This document shows positions 1-11,494 of a stretch of 64,000 nucleotides of DNA, piece after piece. Every line of letters begins with the position of its first letter. Position 1 is the stretch's first letter. The notes beneath the pieces were generated by a model that was given only the letters and a program-made list of their open reading frames with translations, did no database searches and was not told the DNA's origin. Source of the DNA: Nemertoderma westbladi (taxonomy: Eukaryota > Animalia > Xenacoelomorpha); the NCBI GenBank assembly GCA_032718475.1, contig JAUCBJ010002899.1:33178-97177 (forward strand), written 5' to 3'. The position numbers and the translations under genes are program-made.

Positions 1-2105
1 TACCCTTTTGTGTATTTACTAATTTATCGCGTTCTAATGCGATACTCTGCTGCACTTCTTGCAACTCTAACCTACTTTCCCTTACTGTTCCTTTAAACTG
101 ATGAACAGTCTCCTGCATCTGCCTGAGCAGGAGATTCATCCCCCGCCGCCCCTCATCCACCCACTCGACCACCGAAGCGGGAGCCGCCAACGTAGTAGTG
201 GGTAGACGAGGGACAACGGGCGACAAATCATTGATCTTTCGCTCGGAGTCCAGGACAGGAACTGTCTCAGGGGTTGTTTTGTGGGGCACAGGTAGTTTAG
301 TACTGTGCAAAGGGAATTTAGAGGTAGGTTCTGGGAGCACAGGTGTCTCTATCACCGAAGGGGTGATTTCAAGAACAGGCCTAATTATTTCAGGCTCATC
401 TACTATAGTAGGGAGTCTTTCTATTTTAATTATTTGGTCTGTGAGTTCTGTACTACCTAAGTCTGTATTAGTTAGTTGCCTTCTAACAGCTGGGGGCAAA
501 TCAGGCAATTACTGACGGTGGGACATTCTTCTACGTCTGCTTAGACGAGATCTATTTCCTCCGCCTTCAGGATCGGTGGTATCGCCTTCATCAGATGATG
601 TATATCCCTGTCTTTTGGGAGTAGATCGATTCATCATCTGCATATTACTAGCTGTTAACTGTTTATTTATGCAGTCTTGATTCTCTTGAATATTTTCCAA
701 CTCTAGTTGGGTGGTCTCTTCAGATGCTCTTCGTTCTGCTTCTGCCATTGCTATCTTTCTTTCCGCTTCTGCCGCTGCCGCTTTTCTTTCCGCTTCTACT
801 GCCGCTTTTATTGCTGCAGCTGCCGCTTTTCTTTCCGCTTCTACTGCTGCAGCTGCCGCTTTTGCCTCTGCTGCTGCCTCTGCCGCCTTTCTTTCCGCTT
901 CTGCCGCTGCCATTGCCGCTGCTGCTGTCTTTCTGTCTTCTATACGTTTTTTCTTGACTTGTTCTTCTTGGACCCTAGCGATGCGGAGCCTTTCATTAAA
1001 TTTAGCTTGGTTCGCAGCTATCATATCCGCATCGATTGCGTCCAACACAAGCTTGGCTCCTTCACTATTAGGGCTAAGTCCAGACAGCCGTCTCCTCAAC
1101 TCTTCGTCACCTACAAATCGTTGATAGTCCGACGTAGATGTCAATAGCATCCCTCTCATGCGGTTTCTCTGCCGTCGCTTCACTTTCCACTTGGGAAAAT
1201 GTAGCGTCTGTTGATTCTCCATGGGTTGAGCGCTCAGCCAGCTGAGATTTCCACTGGGCAGTTCCTTGAACTTGGAGACTCACCCGCTGAAACCAAGTCT
1301 TTACGGCAACTTGCAACGACGTGTCTTGTCTTCTTTTCGAAGCCTCCTCAAAGGCCGATAAGATTAGTCTGATTCGTAGAATTCTTTCTCTAACTTGATA
1401 AAGCAGCTCTCCCTGCTCTTGAGGTCCTTGGTGTTGTTGAAACAGTTGTTCCTCTATTCGCTCCAAAGAGCTGAAGAATCCCTGTACATATCCTGCTGCC
1501 GACCTCTTCCATACAGCTGGGTCACTAGTGTCCTTTGTCACTCCCATCCTGTATAAGTCCTCCCAGGCAGCTTCCGATAAGTTAAACGGGAGTCCGGGTC
1601 CGGGAAAGTTCCATTGCGTCTCGACAATAGACTTCAGTTCCTCCCTTGTGTATCCCGTATAACTGTCCTTGGTCGATCGCTTACTTCTGGCCCAATCGAT
1701 TTGGTGTTCCTCCACCGCAATCAATACCCTAGTGAGTACGGCTGCAGGAAGAATGATAAGTGGATCCGAATAAACCGCATCTGCCATCCTTGCTCCGCGC
1801 TCGGGTGTCAACTCTACAGTATCTGAACTACTGGAGCTATCGGGCCGCTGAGAAATAAGTTCTCGGCTCGGGTGTTGCTGCTGTTTAACAGCTGCTTCTT
1901 GGTCCCGCTTGACTTGAGCCAGAGTGCCTATGATAGACCTACGGTGTTTGACTAGCCTAGGGTCTGATACTACTACTGGAGGGATGACCTTTCTTACAGT
2001 AGGAGGGGAGTTGAACTTCGGTCTCAAACGTTCCGCACTCCTATCTGGATCACAGATGGTTGTATCTAGGAGACTGTCTGACAGGTTTTTCTTTGTGTCA
2101 GACAT
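1..2105 (-). pseudogene. Long gag-like/ORF1-like reading frame of an unclassified retroelement, with one frameshift (~1225) and one in-frame stop (509-511); runs off the window edge
   Basis: ORFs 1107-2105 and 509-1222 overlap. After the TAA at 509-511 the same frame stays open to base 1 (LPDLPPAVRRQ...RDKLVNTQKG). Contains Ala/Glu/Arg coiled-coil repeats (AAEAERKAAA). A related decayed copy lies at ~28.1 kb. No catalytic domain is visible, so 'gag-like' is inference. Confidence 0.5.
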
Positions 2106-2243
2106 GTTTGTTTATACAGTTAGATGCCTACTGCTAGAACTACAGTTAATGCAAGTCTAGTAATTCAGTATCAACTATAAGCCTAGTAATTAATTACCGA
2201 TATCGTTACTCAGTGTAACGTGATATATATACACAATATATTA

Positions 2244-2492
2244 GAATACCGGTATACACTTATAGTATATATATAAGTATTATTACAGACTAGGTTTGTC
2301 ACAGAATACCGGTATATAATTTTAGCACAAATGTATAGAAATATATAATAAGCCTATCGTGAATACCGGATACAACTTACACTTATAGTATATAAGTATA
2401 ATTATAGACTAGAATTAATTACAGAATACCGGTATATAATTTCAGCTCAAATTTATAGAAATAAATAGAATAAGCCTATCGTAAATACCGGT
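2244..2492. repeat. Two ~120 bp imperfect tandem copies in the AT-rich leader of the ORF above
   Basis: GAATACCGG...CACTTATAGTATAT...ACAGAATACCGGTATATAATTT...TAAGCCTATCGT occurs twice. Confidence 0.8.
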
Positions 2493-3455
2493 ATGTCAAT
2501 TATTTTAGAATAATTGAATTTCTGAATTCTAGGGTTACTTAGTTACTTTACTTTACCTTATTACCGTTATTTAAGCAGTAGTCCAACTGATATTAAGACC
2601 TAATTGATGTATGACAGGCCTACTGTTTTATAAATCGGTTTGAGTTGATTTATAATATATATATATACCCTTTAATGGGTTTTTGTCAATGTTTGAAATA
2701 AATGTTATTATTTCTGGTAAGGAATCACTACACAGAAGCTAGACGCTCTCAGTGGAGTGCTACCTATTGTTTTGGACACTAAAACAAATAATTCTACTTT
2801 CCTAAGTTACTTATTACTACAAATTATGTACAATTGCGGGGTGAGATTACAATCTCTAAATAAATACAAAAATTACACGTACGAATTTTTAGGGTTAATT
2901 TTACAAGAAGTCTACAAACCAGCCTAACAAAGGGTTAGAATATCTGCTTATTACAACAGACAGGATACTACGGTATTTGAAAATAACTAAGCAGTAGTAA
3001 ATATACTGCGTTGTCCAGATAGGAAAAATACCACCGTCTGACGACTTATAGCCGTATCGCTATAAGTACTACGTTATGTATCACGGAGTGTTCCTACCTA
3101 GAAGTTAATTACCGCAGTCTACCAGAACCAACGTGCCTATTAACCACTTTACAACACAAATATACTGCCTACACACTAATTACCTTCGGAAATTATTGTA
3201 CACTAAACCCTAAATTAGGTACAAGTACTTATACAACAAATAACTAGCAGTTAGAAATACTTGTACAGCTAAAAGAACCACGGCATCTGCTGGAGTGACC
3301 GGGGCACAAAATCACCAGTCTTTACCTACGCCAAGCAGCCCTGATGTAGTACCGGGGTTAATTTAACTATAACGGTATGTACAACAAGCACAATTACTGC
3401 AGGAATAAACTTGGGGATATGAATGTTGCGAATAATCGCATAAACTCTGAATAAT

Positions 3456-4028
3456 AAATATTACGCTACGCGTACAGACTACTCAAACAAAATACAGACC
3501 AAACGCTGGCAGACTACTATCAAGCCCAAACAAACTACAGTATATGCAGACTCCGAAATGGTTAGTTAGTATGCGTTCTAACCGAGTAGTACGACTTATT
3601 CTTTTGAGGGGATTTACCTCACAGCACTGGAAGCCCCTACGTTCCTAACTAGTAATTTATCGGACATACACTCTACACACACAGCAATCTCTTCAGACCT
3701 AACAACAGCCAGACAACAATCCAGCCTACAAATTATCTAAATAAGAAATATTACGCTACCCGTACAGACTACACATACAAAATACAGACCAAACGCTGGC
3801 CGACTACTATCAAGCCTAAACAAACTACAGTATATGCAGACTCCGAAATGGTTAGTTAGTATGCGTTCTAACCGAGTAGTACGACTTATTCTTTCGAGGG
3901 GATTTACCTCACAGCACTGGAAGCCCCTACTTTCCTAACTAGTACTTTATCGGACATACACTCTACACACACCGCAATCTCTTCAGACTTAACAACAGTC
4001 AGACAACAGTCCAGCGTACAAATTATCT
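3456..4028. repeat. Near-identical 290 bp tandem duplication
   Basis: TTACGCTAC at 3461 and 3751; the two blocks match almost base for base. Confidence 0.92.
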
Positions 4029-4375
4029 GTACAATCTGGGCAGGCTTATACGTCTTCTGCTCAATATTAACCTACAAGTAAATAAAACCGAAGAAATAAG
4101 TAAAATCTCAATAAAAAACCAGGGCTGCAGTCCCTGATTAAATATTAAGGCCTACCGGTATATAATTCTCAAAATCAAATAATACTGCTGTACCTGTACT
4201 GCTGTAAGTACCGGTCCGGGTGGTTAGGTAGTTAGGCCTACTAGGTACCGGTCGACCGGTACTTTAGCTTTATTGCCTACTGCAATACAGAAGCAATATC
4301 TGTTATTGTTCTTACCAGAACAATATTAAACTGTATTTGTTGCCTACACTGCAATCAGAAGTTCATAACTGTTAT

Positions 4376-5335
4376 TGTTCGCGCTTTCAGACCTTTAGCA
4401 GTTTAACCTGCCAAATTTGGATGTCTTCTAGATTATAAATCGACTTTAGCCTATGACGAGTATTTGATACACTACATTAGCCGAAGCCAGTCTATGCGCG
4501 ACCATTCACCCGCTGGATATACCCGGGAGACTGGATTCGGAAGCTTTGACCTTATTGCGGTGTAGGCCTACTGTATTATTCGACTGATCGTTAATATATA
4601 ATTTCTGACAAATATTATTCACTTTAGGGAAATATTAACAGTTCCTTTAGGACGTGGCGCTCTAAATATATAAACAGAGTTATGACTTATACTAGACACA
4701 ACGGGATGGCTATGGATTCACGTATAAAGCGCATTCTTTAGGAGATGCTTTGTTATCTGTCATAATCATGCACACTACTGCACAATGCTGCACACCGATC
4801 TGCCGACCTTCACTAATTTTAGTCACATATAAAGAGAACAGCAACCGATTCATGTAGTGCCTATTAAATAGCATTAGATTCACTCCAAAACCACTTTAAT
4901 GTAAGTCGCAATTGTTATATGTAACCGGTCTCTCTAACCTTCAGTATATCAAGAAGATTGGGGTTTTCTGATTATTTATAGATATTATCCAAATATAACA
5001 AGATTCCATCAACTGATATAATTAATAACCGAATAAACCATAAATAGCAGTGAAATAATGCGGTGAAAGCATAATGCATATGTACTGAGTTGGTTTGATA
5101 ACAGTTATACGTTTCTATGACCAAAGCCTACTAATGTTTGGCTAAAGCCTGAAACACAGTAACTCCAAAGCCGGTCTTCTGGCTGTGGACAAAATACACA
5201 TACTGACTCAATTCATGAGTTTCTGTATACAATCTCCAACACAGAGTCAAAAAACGCTCTGATTGGTCGACCGAACAAAGAGAGAACAAGGAACAAAGAA
5301 ATGCTACACGTGGACATATCAGCTGTTAGATGTAA
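4376..5335 (+). repeat. Left arm of a ~1 kb inverted repeat (LTR-like, begins TGTTCGCGC)
   Basis: Reverse-complement match to 6770-7763 along its length, e.g. GACCTTTAGCAGTTTAACCTGCCAA, AAATAATGCGGTGAA, CGCTCTGATTGG. Confidence 0.85.
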
Positions 5336-5544
5336 TAATTCATGTAATAATAATGTTAATATTGTTGAATATTTAGTTGAATTATTTCCATAAAGTATCT
5401 CACATTGCATTGACTTATTATATTTATTTATTTTGAAGTTAAATGTATTTTATAGAATGTATTTATTTGGGAATGTTTGATTTAATGTTGGGTGAGTTTC
5501 TAGTGGTATTTAGCAGTAATATTATTGCTTGGTGTAGGCTTGCT

Positions 5545-5820
5545 TGCCTTTGTAGGGCAAACGACGAAAGTAAGCGAGCTTAGCATACAGGTACCACTAA
5601 CTCAATCGGTGTGTCTGTTGATCTGTTGTTCTGTCGTTCTGTCGATCTGTTGTTCTGTCGTGTCCAATCGTGTCGTGTCTGTCGTTAATATTAATATTTT
5701 AAACGTTAATAACTCAGCCAAATGTTCATGAAATTTAACCAAACTTGGTACACATGTAGTCTGGCCAAAGTTTAGAAATTTTCTGAGTTGAATTTGTGTG
5801 GGATCTTTGTGCAGCATCCT
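5545..5820 (+). mobile_element. Short Helentron/DINE-1-like non-autonomous repeat fragment
   Basis: Head GGGCAAACGACGAAAGTAAGCGAGCTTAGCATACAGGTACCA resembles the ends of 21219-22520 and 53338-53648; has a CTGT/GTC microsatellite and an AAACTTGGTACACA core. Confidence 0.5.
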
Positions 5821-6769
5821 GTGTAACTGTCTTACAGTTATAATAAATTATTCTACCCAAAAATTATTAGGCTTGGCATCAGCTGGTTGCTAGGAGACTA
5901 CAGGAATACAGTAAGTTAACAGTTACAGTGGTACAGAGTTACAGGTACCGTCTTCAGGTCGTTGGTCGTTGGCAACGGCAAGGCCATCTAAACAACTTCT
6001 TCATCTAAACAGCTTCCGACAGTCCGATGTATCTGGACCCGAGCAGCCGAGTGGCATCAAGATGCGATTAACTGAGGAATAAATACTACGGAATTGCTTG
6101 CTTGTCAGTAAGATTATATTTACTACACTGGGAATACGGCGGTCGATCGCATCGTAATGCGGGCCACTGCCAAGTTCCTCATGCCTCACTCAGGCCACCC
6201 ACCTTGGAGTGCAGTGGGAAGAGTCCGACTTACGTCGACAACTGGACGAATCGACGAGGATTGCGATTTGGGTTTAGCGGTGGTCCGGACAGCCGGTTCC
6301 TGGGATCGCCTGGTGGAAATTGTTGAAAGTCGGGCAGATGTGTATCGCACCGGATTACGTTCTCTGCCACTCGAAAGTGTGAGGCGAATTCGTTGTCGAA
6401 TTGGGTCGGAAACTGCGGGAATTCTACTGTTCTACGGGAATAAAACGCAGCTGTCCGGTGACTACGGACGGATACTGGGATGAGCAGGTATTTCGATCGA
6501 GTTTCTCGTATTCTTGAATTCTCGATATTTCCTATAAACCACATGGCTTCGCATATTGAATGTGTGATTGGAAATAAGTTTATGCTACCCTTCTGTAAAA
6601 GCCTTTGCAGATATAACCAGTCATTTTCTCCGCAATGTACCATGTAGGTGCTTTTAGCGGACATAACAAGCTATTTTTACCCGTTACGTCTGTATGCGTG
6701 CTTTAGCGGACATAACTAGCCATTTTGCCGCAATTCGCTTAATACTCTAAAAGATGACTCAGATGACGC

Positions 6770-7763
6770 AATCTGTCAGCTGATTTACTGCCAACGCGGA
6801 ACCTGAATCTCTCTTTGTTCTTTGTTCGGCTCAGCCAATCAGAGCGATTTTCACTTTGTGTTGGACAGTGCCTACAGAAACCCACGCAATTCAGTCAGTG
6901 TGTATCTTTTGTAAGCCCAGAACACCGGCTTAGGATTCTTCTGTACTTCTGTGGAAGTTTCAGACTTTGACCTAAACATCAGAAACATCAGATGGCTTTG
7001 ATTAAAAGAACGTAAAACTATTAACGATTCAACTACTGAAATATCGCCACACCGCGGCACTACGCAACGCGATTCAACTACACATACTGACTGTTCACCG
7101 CATTATTTGATTCTGTTATTAATTGGTGTTATGTTGGTATATATTGCTGATATATTTGGAGAATACCGATGAATAATCATAAAACCCTCAATCTCTTTGA
7201 TTACTAAAGGTTAGAGGAACAGGTTTACCGGTAGCAACTGCGACTTACATTATAGTGGTTTTTGTGTGAATTGAATGCTATTTCATAATCCCTACATGTG
7301 TCAGTTGCGATCCTCCTTATATATGATCAAATTCAGTGACGGTCGGCAGATCATTGCGCAGTAGTGTGAAGTAGTGTGAAGTCGTGTGAAGTAGTGTGAA
7401 GGTTAATAAAGCATCTCCTAAAGAATGCGCCTTTTACGAAACTCAGTAGCCATCCAGTTGTGATTAGTATAAGTCATAACTCTGTTTTATACTTAAAGCG
7501 CCACGTCCTAAAGGAACTGTTAATATTTCCCCGAAAGTGAATATATTGCCAGAGATTATATATTAACAATCAATCGAATAATACAGTAGGTCTACACTGC
7601 AATCACTATCAAAGCATCCGAATCCAGTCTCCCTTAACTGTGGGTGAATGGTCGCGCACAGGCTGGCTTCGGCTGATGTACCTTCAGTACATTAAATAAT
7701 TGATATACAAAAAGACACCTAAAATTGGCAGGTTAAACTGCTAAAGGTCTAAAAGCGCGAACA
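6770..7763 (-). repeat. Right arm of the ~1 kb inverted repeat; LTR-like, directly preceded on the minus strand by a polypurine tract
   Basis: Minus strand reads AAGGGGCGGAAGG|TGTTCGCGC at the 7764/7763 boundary; homologous to 4376-5335 and 31360-31700. Confidence 0.8.
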
Positions 7764-7794
7764 CCTTCCGCCCCTTGGGTGGTAGATGTCGCGG

Positions 7795-8396
7795 TTATGT
7801 ATTGGTTGGTAGGAAGGGGGGGAGGGGGGTGTGCAGATTAAAAGGGCTGAACACGTACTGTCCCCCTTTCTTTGATTGATTGTCGGTATGGTTAAATTTC
7901 TCAAATACTGATTTTGTAATACAGTCGCTCAATTTTAATTTGTATCTCATAACTGGTCCTCGTCCTGCGCGAAGGCCCCACAAACGTGTAATTATTGCGT
8001 TAGTTGAGTAGAGATTCTTTGGGTTGTAGTTACATTGAATTTAATCATTATTAGCTTCCTTTGGTTGCAGGGATAATCTGGGGACCAATATTTTCCTTGT
8101 AGAGAGTAGGTTGGGTTTTATTGGAGGGAAGTTCCTTTTGGGAGTGGGGTGGGTATATTGGATTGCCTTTGTGGTATGTTTACTTCACTTATTGTTGTAA
8201 CTATAGTTCTTTATGTAGATAGATGCACTCGGTTGTTCTACTCTATTGTCATAAAGGTCAAACTGGTTATAGCCAGCCTGAATGTTTGTAGGAGCAACAG
8301 TGCAGTTTATTGCTCGGTTATTAATTAACACATTTTCAGTAGGTAATATTTGGTTGGATTTGTTAGTATATAAACCGAAATTCTGGGTTTCATTTC
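7795..8396 (-). pseudogene. Decayed reading frame (two internal stops) ending just before the PPT-like tract
   Basis: A single frame RNETQNFGLY...NNK*SKHTTKAI...NND*IQCNYN...PTNT* spans ~600 bp of AT-rich DNA; no recognisable domain. Confidence 0.35.
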
Positions 8397-9248
8397 TTCA
8401 GTAGCCTACGAAACCCCAGCCAAGCAGAAGGATGTATTTTATTATTATTATTATTTTAGCGACATAGTTTGGGCAATTTATATTGCGGTTGATTATATGA
8501 TTATTATTAAGCCTTAATTATTTATATTATATTCACTATATTGTCATAATATTTTTACTGATTGTAACATCGTATTGTAAACCATGATAAACTTAGTACT
8601 TAAGTACAAGTAGTTTATTTTACCTACATCCCTACCACTCTATTCTGTCAGACACTGTCACCTAACGGCCCTACCTTTGTTGTCGGCCGATCTCGCTGGT
8701 GCCTCTGTAGTCCCGACGTCCCCATCCTATCCAAAGTGTAGCTCTATAAACCTTACCCCCTACCCCCAAGGCGTGTTTTGGAGCACACAATATCTTATAA
8801 TATAATTAAATAAATTATATAAGCCAAATAAAATAGCAAAGTTTAGCAAAAATACCATCACTGGTAAGATCCACCGTTGGTTTTTGGTGCTAGAACCTGA
8901 AATATTAATCACACACCTTGCAGAGATCCTGGTGGCTCATTAATGCGACAATACGTACTCAATGTGTCTGTGAGGTGATAGTTACTGCGTCTTAGTGTTG
9001 GAGTTGGCTGGCATTTGTGATACTGACCTCCCTGAAACTTATTAAAATATTTCATTAATAATGTCAGTAAATATTTATTTTTGTAATTATAAATGATTCC
9101 ACCTGATAGTTATGGCAGTATTTTTTAATTTGCAGAAGTAGTTCCATTATTCACTTTCAGTTTTTAAACTTAATGAATTATTAAAAAACTGCAAAAAAAA
9201 ATTAAATAATTTATTCTAAATAAACATATTTATATGGTTGATTGTTGA

Positions 9249-9781
9249 CTAAACTCTAATCATAATTTCTACTTTATCCATAGAATTGTGGAAGTTAGAG
9301 TCAGTGAATGTGGCCCAATATAGCCCCTGCACACCAGATCTCCCAAAGACACCGTTTGGGTTAGATGCGGCACAGTCCCGAAACCACCAGGCCCCTTGAA
9401 ATCGTGTGGCGCAGTTATTCGAAGAGTCGTCGTTATCGCTGTCCTTCGTAGAAAAACGGGATCCATTAAGGTAGAGGGATTGGTCGAGAGTCCCAAAAAG
9501 TATGGAGTCACCAGCGGTCCCGCCATACCCAGATATATGTAGTGTGAAATAATCATGAGAATCTCCAAGTCTGAAGAATTGGTATTCAGCGATCTCATGG
9601 TTTTCTTTGTACCAAAACTCAAACCTGAGTACTACACCATATTTGGCAAACTCATATATATTGTCGAGACCCATCCAAAAGTTATTCTTCAGATTGCCAA
9701 ATCCGGATGTGTAATTTTCCCAGTTTAGAAAGAAATCTTCGGATCCATCTATACGCCTCTGTATAACAATCCAAGGTCCAC
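9249..9781 (-). CDS. FReD gene, exon 2: fibrinogen C-terminal (FBG) domain
   Basis: GPWIVIQRRIDGSEDFFLNWENYTSGFG..FWMGLDNIY..GYGGTAGDS..FSTKDSDND...NCA...GAWWFRDCAASNPNG..GLYW..KVEIMIR; textbook FBG motifs. Confidence 0.93.
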
Positions 9782-9783
9782 CT

Positions 9784-10861
9784 ATAGATAGATAGATAGA
9801 TAGATTTATTTATACATTATGTAAAAACAATAACAAATACACCAAACAATGTACCGGTATAAAGGTATTGTCCAACATAACATATAGGATTACCCCTAAA
9901 GCTTTGCAGCTTATTTCCAAGGGGGTCCTTTATGTTATTTGGTTACAAATACAATATTACACTACGCTAACCTAAAACCAATATAAACCTAATTACACTA
10001 TGTACATGTACAACATTACCGAGAGCGTGACAATGCCCGACTCAACGATAAAGATGTAATGTACAGAACAATTTATTATAAAACGTAATTACAGTATAAA
10101 TAGTAAATAATTAATAAACTAATAACTTACTGTAGGACTATTGTACCTATTTTTACATTGCACACGGAGATGAGATTTAACTGCAGATTTAAAAGAATGT
10201 TGATTATTTAGGTTTTTAATTTCATTAGGCAGAGCGTTCCAATTTTTTATGCCGTTAAAAAAGAAAGTATCAGATTCAAAGGATTTACAATTCGGGAGGT
10301 AGAAGTTTGAAGCACTAGCTCTGGTACTGTAAGAGTGTGTATCGCGTACTCTGTTGAATTTTTGTTTTAGGTAATTGGGACATTTACCATTATACACTTT
10401 ATGCACATGGTTAAGGCGTAGCTGCTTAACTCTACTATCTAAGTTAAGTAGTCCAGATTCAGAAAAGTCATCTGGAGTTAGGTGGTGCCTAGGTTTGTAG
10501 TCTTTCATAAATCGTACTACTTTATTCTGAGCTACTTGTAATTTACATTTAAGCTGTTTGGTTAGGCCTTCATACCAAGAAGAGCACGCATAGTCCATGT
10601 GACACTGTATTAAAGAAGAGCAAAGTAACTTGCGGGAGTCGGTGTTCAAACTATTTTTATTTCTGTATAGAAACCTAAGCCTACTGTTAACTTTCGAGAA
10701 AATATTTTTCACTGTACTTTCTCCTGATAAGCAGTTATCCAATGTGGCGCCTAAATATTTAACTTCCTTTTTATTTTCAATCTTATGTCCATTACTAGTG
10801 ACTTCAAACTTAGTTACCTTCTTTAACTTTCTTTTGGAACCAAACAAAATACTTTCAGTCA
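9784..10861 (-). mobile_element. 5'-truncated L2/CR1-group (Crack/Daphne-like) LINE: RT C-terminus, 3' UTR and (ATCT)n tail, with AGGT target-site duplication
   Basis: TESILFGSKRKL, VKYLGATLD, LQVAQNKVVRF, WNALPNEIK..FK motifs; ORF ends at 10119; AATAAA+(TCTA)n tail at 9784-9810; AGGT on both sides (10865-10862 and 9783-9780). Confidence 0.9.
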
Positions 10862-10863
10862 AC

Positions 10864-11269
10864 CTGGGATAGAGTTGTCGCAGAGAAGGAATCCATTCAA
10901 TCCATTGGGGTGGCGAACGATGGCAGTCGAGTTTACTGGAGTATCGCGACAAACGGAAAATTTCAAATGCAACAATATTTCGTTAATCTTTCGTGTTAAT
11001 TTGACATCCAATTCTGCATTCTTCTCTCCTAACATCAAAAACTTTTCGGCATAAAATTTATCCATTCCCTCAATACGTTCATCCAATTCCCCAATTCTTT
11101 TAGACATATTTTTATAGAGATTTGTTACCTTGGAATCTAGTTCTCTTTTATTGGAGACCATTATCACAGATAAGGTTGTTATGATGACTAGCATAACCAC
11201 GGCCACAACAACACCAGTGACTACAAACCACCATGATCTCCCCGACCTGCCACCTCTCTCATTTTCCAT
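10864..11269 (-). CDS. FReD gene, exon 1: short cytoplasmic tail, TM helix, coiled coil, start of FBG domain
   Basis: ATG at 11269; TM WWFVVTGVVVAVVMLVIITTLSVIMV; heptad region; C..LCD motif. Joined to 9781-9249 it gives 939 nt (312 aa) in frame. Confidence 0.85.
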
Positions 11270-11494
11270 CTGATTCGCTGTTGTTAACACAATTTATTTT
11301 ACTTATATAATTTATTAATTAATTTATCAATGTTTCAGTTAGAATTGAAGCTTTTAGATCAAAACTCTTTTGAGGTATTTGTACTGTGTTACATGAACGA
11401 ACATAGTGAGTGTCTGAGAATAAAGAGAATTAAGTCTTAATTCAAAACTATTGTAAACAAATCACATCCAATAAATAATCCTTTGTTCAAGTGC

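Noticed and set aside
198-1147. Plus-strand Cys/Ala/Leu-rich ORFs
   Set aside because: Antisense shadows of the low-complexity coiled-coil region
6001-6664. GC-richer island with several overlapping ORFs between the inverted arms
   Set aside because: No recognisable motif in any frame; cannot support a gene call
10119-10952. 277 aa ORF as a single gene
   Set aside because: Chimeric: the first ~30 codons are FReD exon 1 read in another frame, and the rest is LINE RT C-terminus
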